64,000 nucleotides of DNA from Eledone cirrhosa (Eukaryota). The DNA is taken from assembly GCA_964016885.1 (NCBI GenBank), contig OZ024742.1, forward strand, positions 18,538,001 to 18,602,000, in the 5' to 3' direction. Positions 57,661-64,000 of the stretch are shown piece after piece. The notes under the pieces are model-generated. The model was given only the letters and a program-made list of their open reading frames with translations, searched no databases and was not told the DNA's origin. Position numbers and translations under genes: made by a program. Each line of letters opens with the position of its first letter. Positions within the stretch are counted from its first letter, which is position 1.

Positions 57661-58053
57661 CTTTTTTTGTTTAATATAAGGAATTGTTTATTCATTATTT
57701 GTTTAATATTTTATCTTGACTCTGTATACCGTTTATCTTTCACCGAAAGTGGTTTTTCATTACATCTCTTCTTTCCATGATATCCGGAATACATTGAGTT
57801 CTTCATACGGATTGGACACTACCGTAAACTCTTGGTAGATTTATCTACATATATATATATATATATATATAGAAGTGGATGGATACTTCAACAGGTACAA
57901 TGTACTTGTAGAAATATTCAAGTTGTTTATAATACATGTGGTTCAATGGCACTAATTCGAGATGCCAGAACAATATAAAAGTAGCGAAACAAACGGTTAT
58001 TAAACAACTTTCTAAATAAATTAAAAAATGATTAAATAATCACCTGTTCAGAT

Positions 58054-58134
58054 GCTGTTACCGACGGTTTCATCATTCCGAAAGATTGGAAATCCAACGA
58101 ATTTCCAATGGAAAGAAATGAATCTTCAGACAGC
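58054..58134 (-). ncRNA. Type I hammerhead ribozyme (unit 1)
   Basis: Minus strand: GCTGT-CTGAAGA-stem II (TCATTT/GAATGA; ATTGGAAATT/GATTTCCAAT)-GAAAC-CGTCG-GTA-ACAGC. Confidence 0.8.
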
Positions 58135-58510
58135 CCTATTTCCACGCTATAAGGTATAGCAAGTAAATATTATGCTCCCTGCCCAACGCATGCGGTCAAG
58201 CCGTTAAAGTGACACACACGCAAATCAGGTCGCTGATAAAAGCTGGATATTATAAACATGTCGAATTGCCACTAAAATTAGCGGCATTATTCAACGTTTT
58301 GTTTTCTACGTAAGGAGAATAAATTATAGAAGTGGATGGATACTTCAACAGGTACAATGTACTTGTAGAAATATTCAAGTTGTTTATAATACATGTGGTT
58401 CAATGGCACTAATTCGAGATGCCAGAACAATATAAAAGTAGCGAAACAAACGGTTATTAAACAACTTTCTAAATAAATTAAAAAATGATTAAATAATCAC
58501 CTGTTCAGAT

Positions 58511-58591
58511 GCTGTTACCGACGGTTTCATCATTCCGAAAGATTGGAAATCCAACGAATTTCCAATGGAAAGAAATGAATCTTCAGACAGC
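58511..58591 (-). ncRNA. Type I hammerhead ribozyme (unit 2)
   Basis: Same as 58054-58134, shifted by +457. Confidence 0.8.
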
Positions 58592-58974
58592 CCTATTTCC
58601 ACGCTATAAGGTATAGCAAGTAAATATTATGCTCCCTGCCCAACGCATGCGGTCAAGCCGTTAAAGTGACACACACGCAAATCAGGTCGCTGATAAAAGC
58701 TGGATATTATAAACATGTCGAATTGCCACTAAAATTAGCGGCATTATTCAACGTTTTGTTCTCTACGTAAGGAGAATAAATTATAGAAGTGGATGGATAC
58801 TTCAACAGGTACAATGTACTTGTAGAAATATTCAAGTTGTTTATAATACATGTGGTTCAATGGCACTAATTCGAGATGCCAGAACAATATAAAAGTAGCG
58901 AAACAAACGGTTATTCGGAATGATGAAACCGTCGGTAACAGCATCTGAACAGGTGATTATTTAATCATTTTTTA

Positions 58975-59048
<74 letters not shown>

Positions 59049-59201
59049 TGTATATACATATATAATAAATGTAATCTGAGTTTTTCGAATATTAATAATA
59101 ACATTCGATTCGTTTGCAATTTTGTAAACAACCCTCAATTTTATAGCCATGTCAGTAGAATGAACCCTTCATTCTTGCTCTTGTGTTGGCATGTAAATAG
59201 A

Positions 59202-59247
59202 ACTGCAGACACTAATGTTTCTGTGTATCACCCTTCATCAGTACAGC
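59202..59247 (-). ncRNA. Type I hammerhead ribozyme motif
   Basis: Minus strand: GCTGTA-CTGATGA-AGGGTGATACACA-GAAAC-ATTAGT-GTC-TGCAGT. Stem II is partly mutated. Confidence 0.65.
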
Positions 59248-59618
59248 TCACTGTTCACCTGCCAAACTATCAGAGCTAGTGAAAATATTGCTATTTTCAA
59301 AAATACAAAGTGACTGATTGGCCTGATTTGCATATCAGCAGACTGGCTGATAAGTCAGATCTGCATATTAGCAGATCCACTGATAGCCAGATTTGCATAT
59401 CAGCAGACTGGCCAGTCAGTTTCCTGTGTACGAGCGATAAATGGCCGGTTTTGCCAAATTCAAATAAAAAAGAGAATTTTCGCTCTACATGGCTGAATAC
59501 AATAAATGTAATGTGAGTTTTTTTAATATTAATAATAACATTCGATTCGTTTGCAATTATGCAAACAAGCCTCAATTTTATAGCCATGTCAGTTTTTGTG
59601 TTGCTAGGTGAACAGTGA

Positions 59619-59664
59619 GCTGTACTGATGAAGGGTTATACCCAGAAACAGTAGTGTCTGCAGT
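59619..59664 (+). ncRNA. Type I hammerhead ribozyme motif
   Basis: GCTGTA-CTGATGA-A-GGGT/ACCC-A-GAAAC-AGTAGT-GTC-TGCAGT, with the canonical GUC cleavage triplet. Confidence 0.78.
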
Positions 59665-59686
59665 TCTGTTCGCATGCCAACACAAG

Positions 59687-59774
59687 TATGTATGTATGTA
59701 TGTATGTATGTATGTATGTATGTATGTATGTATGTATGTATGTATGTATGTATGTATGTATGTATGTATGTATG
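59687..59774. repeat. (TATG)n microsatellite
   Basis: Directly visible. Confidence 0.95.
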
Positions 59775-60026
59775 TTCAGAGAGTGGGATTGGAATTTACA
59801 CGACGTCAACTAGGTAGAAATGTCTGCATGTCTGCATGCATGTATAGATATGGATGTTATTGTATGTGTGGATGTGGATGTTTTGAGTTGTATGTGTGCA
59901 TGTGCATACGCTTTGCATCTGTACATGTGTTTATGCAGTTATTAGATGCAAAACTTTTGGAATGTTTTACATATCTTTTACTGTTCCATTAATGGATTGT
60001 ACTTGTAATTTCCTAACTAGTTGTGT

Positions 60027-60073
<47 letters not shown>

Positions 60074-60849
60074 GTATGTATGTATGTATGTATGGTTACA
60101 TAACTCATGTAGCAGATGCAGCTGCGCCGCATTGATATACGGTGTTGTCTAGGACATTTTAAAAACTGGCAGTGCCCATCTCTCTCCAGGTCTGAATATA
60201 GCAGATTTCCTTCAGGGAAGGAAAAAGAGAGTGAGAGAAGGGAATTGAGAAAGAGAGGATTGACTAAAACTCCTGATACCGGTGCTGCAGTATGGCCACC
60301 GCCTGATGTCTGAAACAAGTTAAAGTATAAAAGTATACAAAGATAAATATGATGCAATGTGTCTAGAGTATTGTTTATTCAATTTTCGTGTTATACATTA
60401 ATATTACATTTCCTATTGATGCTGCAGTCATTCCTCCAGAAGTCCCAATGGTGTCACTGTCTTAATGTATCGTTCAAGCTTCTGCCTAATTCGTCTAATT
60501 TTACACAAGGCAACTTTTTATGTATTGTTGCAGGTTCTGTGAAGTTGATAACACTTAAATGGTTTGCAGTTTGTTACTTTGGTTACTGTAGTATTATTTA
60601 TTGTTCTAACACTGGCTATATTTTAATGGGGAATTAGGGGAAGTAAATTGAGTGAATTTTCATTTCTAAAACAAATACTTCTACTATATTATGACTATGT
60701 TACATATGTAATAAAGAGAAAACATTAAATATTTTTACAGCTTTTACATCAGAATCACTCAAGCATCCTTGTACAGCATTAAATTATGTTGCAAATCATC
60801 AAAGACAAAATGAACGTGTCAACAAATTATATATGAAGTGTAAACTGAT

Positions 60850-61230
60850 TTAGCAAAAGTTCGACTTCTGTCCGGGAATAAAACAGTCGGTAGATTCAGT
60901 TAATTCGATATCGTGGACTTTGATATTAAAGCTTATCCTAGGGAAAGGCCTAGATATCGGGAAGCAATTTATTAGGATCAACAATTTAGATATTAGAATG
61001 ATTTCTGAACGCTAAGAAGTCGCTATTGTTCGGCGATAATTTAAGCTGAGTAAAAAAGTAACGGGACTCGCGATTCGACATATACACAGGGTCCCACGAT
61101 GGGATCGTTGACTTTGTAGGTTTATTGATTCTCGATACAGTCAAAAAGCGAACGGCCAACCCAAAGGGAATTAGAAAGAGAACAATAACATGCTTTAACC
61201 TTCCATTCAATCGAGATATGTATCTACGAA
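60850..61230 (+). pseudogene. Highly decayed Naiad-like PLE reverse-transcriptase remnant (third lineage)
   Basis: Frameshifted translation gives IVDFDIK...LNAKKSLLFGDNLS*VKK*RDSRFDI...GSHDG...VDFVGLLILD, collinear with QFDI...ARLTLI..W...FDITMGSSDS...DLVGLFLL of the intact ORF. Confidence 0.65.
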
Positions 61231-61870
61231 TATAGCTAACAACAACAACAGCAACAGCAACAACTCTGTCACCCCCCCCCCCAACAACAACTCTATCATT
61301 ACCACTACCAACAACAATAACTCTATCATTACCACTACCAACAACAACGAATTACACCTACAACACCATCAACACCGCCACTACTAACAACAACTGCAAC
61401 TGAAAACTGCTCACGTGTGTGTGAGAGAACTGTTGCTCTTCAGACGAATATCAATGACTAAATGTCAGAGAAGGGCATTCAGTTGAATTGACTAGTATTA
61501 ACTTATCTGAACACATTTTTATATGTATAGACCCTTAACTGATGGTGTGTCTTGGGAATTTAAAACCTATCTCCAGGTTTGTACACAACTGATTTCTACA
61601 TGAAAGGGAGGGTGAGAGAGGGAGAGATATATAGAGAGAGATTGAGATGGAGATAGGGATAGGTAGATACATTTCTTTATTAGCCACAAGGGCACAAAAG
61701 AAGGCGATAAATACAAATGGGGAGTTTACATACAATAAAAACGTGTAAAATACTATAGATAGATAGATAGAGGGAGAAATACAGATAGATAAATAGACAG
61801 ACAGACAGACAGGCAGGCAGACAGATAGACAGATAGACAGATAGACAGATAGATAGATAGGTAGATAGAT

Positions 61871-62420
61871 AAATTTCTTTATTAGCCACAAGGGCACAAA
61901 AGAAGGGGACAAATGAGGAGTTTACATACAGATATATGAAAATAAAACTATTAATAAAATAACAAAAAACAATTGATATCCCCAATAGGGGGGAGGTGTT
62001 ACACAGGGGTTGTACACACCCCGAAAAAATATACAACTCTCATCTCCAGGAGCACCAAGAGTGAGTACTCCCTTCCTCTTTTTCCTCAACCTACAGGCTT
62101 ATATAGAGAGAAGGCCCAACCACTCGGGCCATCTTTGCCACATTCACCCACCTTTTATAAAATTTACTGGGTAGAGCACCTCTCTCTCCATCCTCATTCT
62201 TCTTCCAAAATGATAGTTGAAAAAACGAATCAGTTGCTCGCCGGAGAGAAAGGTGTCTGACCTCAGCCCTTTTAACCTCGTCCACCATATAACCTCTTTC
62301 ACCATAGCCATAACACATAGGAAAACCTCCTCTCCCTCGTTTTTGAAGGAGGGTGGCGGTTTGATCATGACAATGGACTCGGTGGTCAACCGGATTGGTC
62401 CCACCCGCGACAATAGTTTA
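61871..62420 (-). mobile_element. L1/Tx1-clade LINE 3' fragment next to a (TAGA/CAGA)n tract
   Basis: Minus ORFs give ...MAMVKEVIWWTRLKG...LIRFF...MEREVL / KFYKRWVNVAKMAR, the K--IW--R and F--RW pattern of L1/Tx1 ORF2 C-termini. The 3' UTR ends in AATAAAG, then (ATCT)n. The last ~65 nt are duplicated at 61664-61734. Confidence 0.7.
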
Positions 62421-62484
62421 TTATTATTTTCATCAAAATACATACACATATGATAGTACATATATGAGTTAGTAGAATATATCG

Positions 62485-62955
62485 GAGGTACGTGTAAAAG
62501 CTAAACTCGCTACCTTTAATTCGTTATTCGCGCCAACCCTTACCTATGGTCATGAATCTTGGGTAATGACCGAAAGAATATGATCACGAATACTAGCGGC
62601 CGAAATGGGGTTCCTCCGAGGGGTCTTTGAAGAAATGGGATTCGATAAAGTTCGTAGCTCAGAGATAAGAGAGTCACTCCAGGTAGAGCCGCTACTTCTC
62701 CGAATTGAGAGATCACAGCTCCGATAAGATGAACATGTAGTTAGAATGTCTCAGGAAAGAATCACTGGACAGATTTTACGAGTAAAACCAACCACCAGGA
62801 GACGCATAGGTAGACCACGAGCACGATGATTGGATAAAATCCATGAGCTTGGCTGGTCAAGCTTGGGGATCCAGCCGGATCAGCTGGAGACGGTTGCTTC
62901 TGACAGGACCCAATGGAAGGAGTGTTTGAGGATTCTGCATCTACGACCTCATGAA

Positions 62956-62986
<31 letters not shown>

Positions 62987-63037
62987 AAGAAGAAGAAGAA
63001 GAAGAAGAAGAAGAAGAAGAAGAAGAAGAAGAAGAAG
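62485..63037 (+). mobile_element. RTE-clade LINE 3' fragment with an (AAG)n tail
   Basis: Translation gives PTLTYGHESWVMTERI*SRILAAEMGFLR...DKVRSSEIRESLQVEPLLLRIERSQLR*..HVVRM...GRPR. The tail is 62958-63037, and ATATCG at 62479 and 63038 is a possible 6-bp TSD. Confidence 0.9.
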
Positions 63038-63054
63038 ATATCGTCTAAAGTCTG

Positions 63055-63348
63055 TTTGAAGCCAGGAGGCTCGCCATGCCGGTGCCTATCCCGTTTTCGT
63101 GAAGCGACTAGGAGTACAAGACTCCTCACTGGACAGGACGCCAGTCCATCACAGGATTAACCCCTCCCAGACATTGCTGTTACTTATTTTCAGCTGAGGA
63201 TATTGGAGCAACGTGCATGAAATATTTTGATAAAAAAACACACAACACTAGGCCATACCACATCTCCACAACACCCAACCAAGTCCAGGAATCGAACCCA
63301 CGACAATATTAAGTCCAATACCCTTACCACTAAGTCACGAGCTTCACA
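63055..63348 (-). mobile_element. tRNA-derived SINE (second family)
   Basis: Minus strand: A-box TGACTTAGTGGT, B-box GGTTCGATTCC, then a CORE-like ...CACGTTGCTCCA...CTCAGCTGAAAATAAGTA and GATGGACTGGCGTCCTGTCCAG. Confidence 0.75.
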
Positions 63349-64000
63349 TCAATATAAAGGGGATGGGATTTTGTTTCAAATTTTCCTTAATTAGTCACGA
63401 AAATTGTTCTGCTGTGGGCAGCATAGAATAGTAGTTAGCGGGCAGCATGCGGCCCGTGGGCCATGTGAACTGACGACTGTGACGATCTCAACACCCCATC
63501 CGCCACAACACAACTACAACCAGGTCTTACAGGAGTGCTGTTTATTCACTTCCACAACCACTACATCATTCTTTGCTCATCTGATCTTATAAACTTCATA
63601 CCACTTCCACTCTACATACACTCCTCTCCTCAGCCACTAGTTCTCGCTCTAAACATGCCGTCCAATCATTCCTTCCCGAATTACAGCTCCCCCTGGAACA
63701 TTTTTCTCCGTTTTTCCTGAAGATATCGACCTAGATCAGTTCAAAGTAAATACATCGATCTCATCAATCTAACTAATTGGAGATTATCGGTGAGAGTAAT
63801 GGACACTTCTCTTCTTAACTAAAAATAACCTAACTCAGAGAAATATATTCAATTATTTGCTATATTTCTAGATACACCTCTTGATTAAGATTCTGCTACA
63901 TCGAATGCAATTAAGAAATACCACTTTGAAGTTTCCTTAATAACGCAAATCTAATATTTTAGTAATCATGGTTTACAGATTTAGACATTATCCTATACTG

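Larger units (their letters stand above)
48726..57851 (-). mobile_element. Young full-length Penelope-like retroelement (Naiad-like) with a 449-bp direct pLTR and a 1.5-kb inverted 5' segment
   Basis: Intact ORF. Direct repeat 48726-49174 = 55899-56347 (offset 7173). 56344-57851 is the reverse complement of 48726-50093 joined to 55762-55898. It carries three HHR copies, and both ends abut (TA)n. Confidence 0.92.
57871..58980 (-). mobile_element. Retrozyme-like tandem array: 457-bp unit x2.3 with one hammerhead per unit, plus a terminal inversion
   Basis: AGAAGTGGATGGATAC starts at 57871, 58328 and 58785, and the units are near-identical. 58914-58980 is an inverted piece of the unit. Both flanks are (TA)n, and there is no ORF. 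Confidence 0.8.
59075..59686. mobile_element. Short non-coding HHR element with both direct and inverted terminal duplications
   Basis: Direct repeat ~59075-59153 / 59514-59593 and inverted repeat ~59180-59260 / 59606-59686. It lies between (TA)n and (TATG)n. Confidence 0.65.

Noticed and set aside
62941-63160. Poly-K and poly-F ORFs
   Set aside because: They are translations of the (AAG)n tail of the RTE fragment.

Overview
AT-rich, repeat-dominated animal DNA with no recognisable host gene. The SINE/LINE and microsatellite content looks cephalopod (octopus-like), which is an inference. Bases 1-31.2 kb are a 48-bp satellite array (about 650 units) with kb-scale internal duplications; its ORFs are artefacts. 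Bases 31.2-64 kb are a nested transposon cluster. It holds one young, apparently intact Penelope-like element (PLE, Naiad-like RT + GIY-YIG ORF at 53168-55609, minus strand; element 48726-57851), a decayed relative split by a Helitron, and a third RT remnant. About 13 hammerhead-ribozyme (HHR) or HHR-like motifs from at least 7 sequence families lie in non-coding, fold-back or tandem (retrozyme-like) insertions, mostly inside (TA)n tracts. Fragments of CRE, CR1, L1/Tx1 and RTE LINEs, tRNA-derived SINEs and a second Helitron are also present. All alignments and RNA pairings were done by eye.
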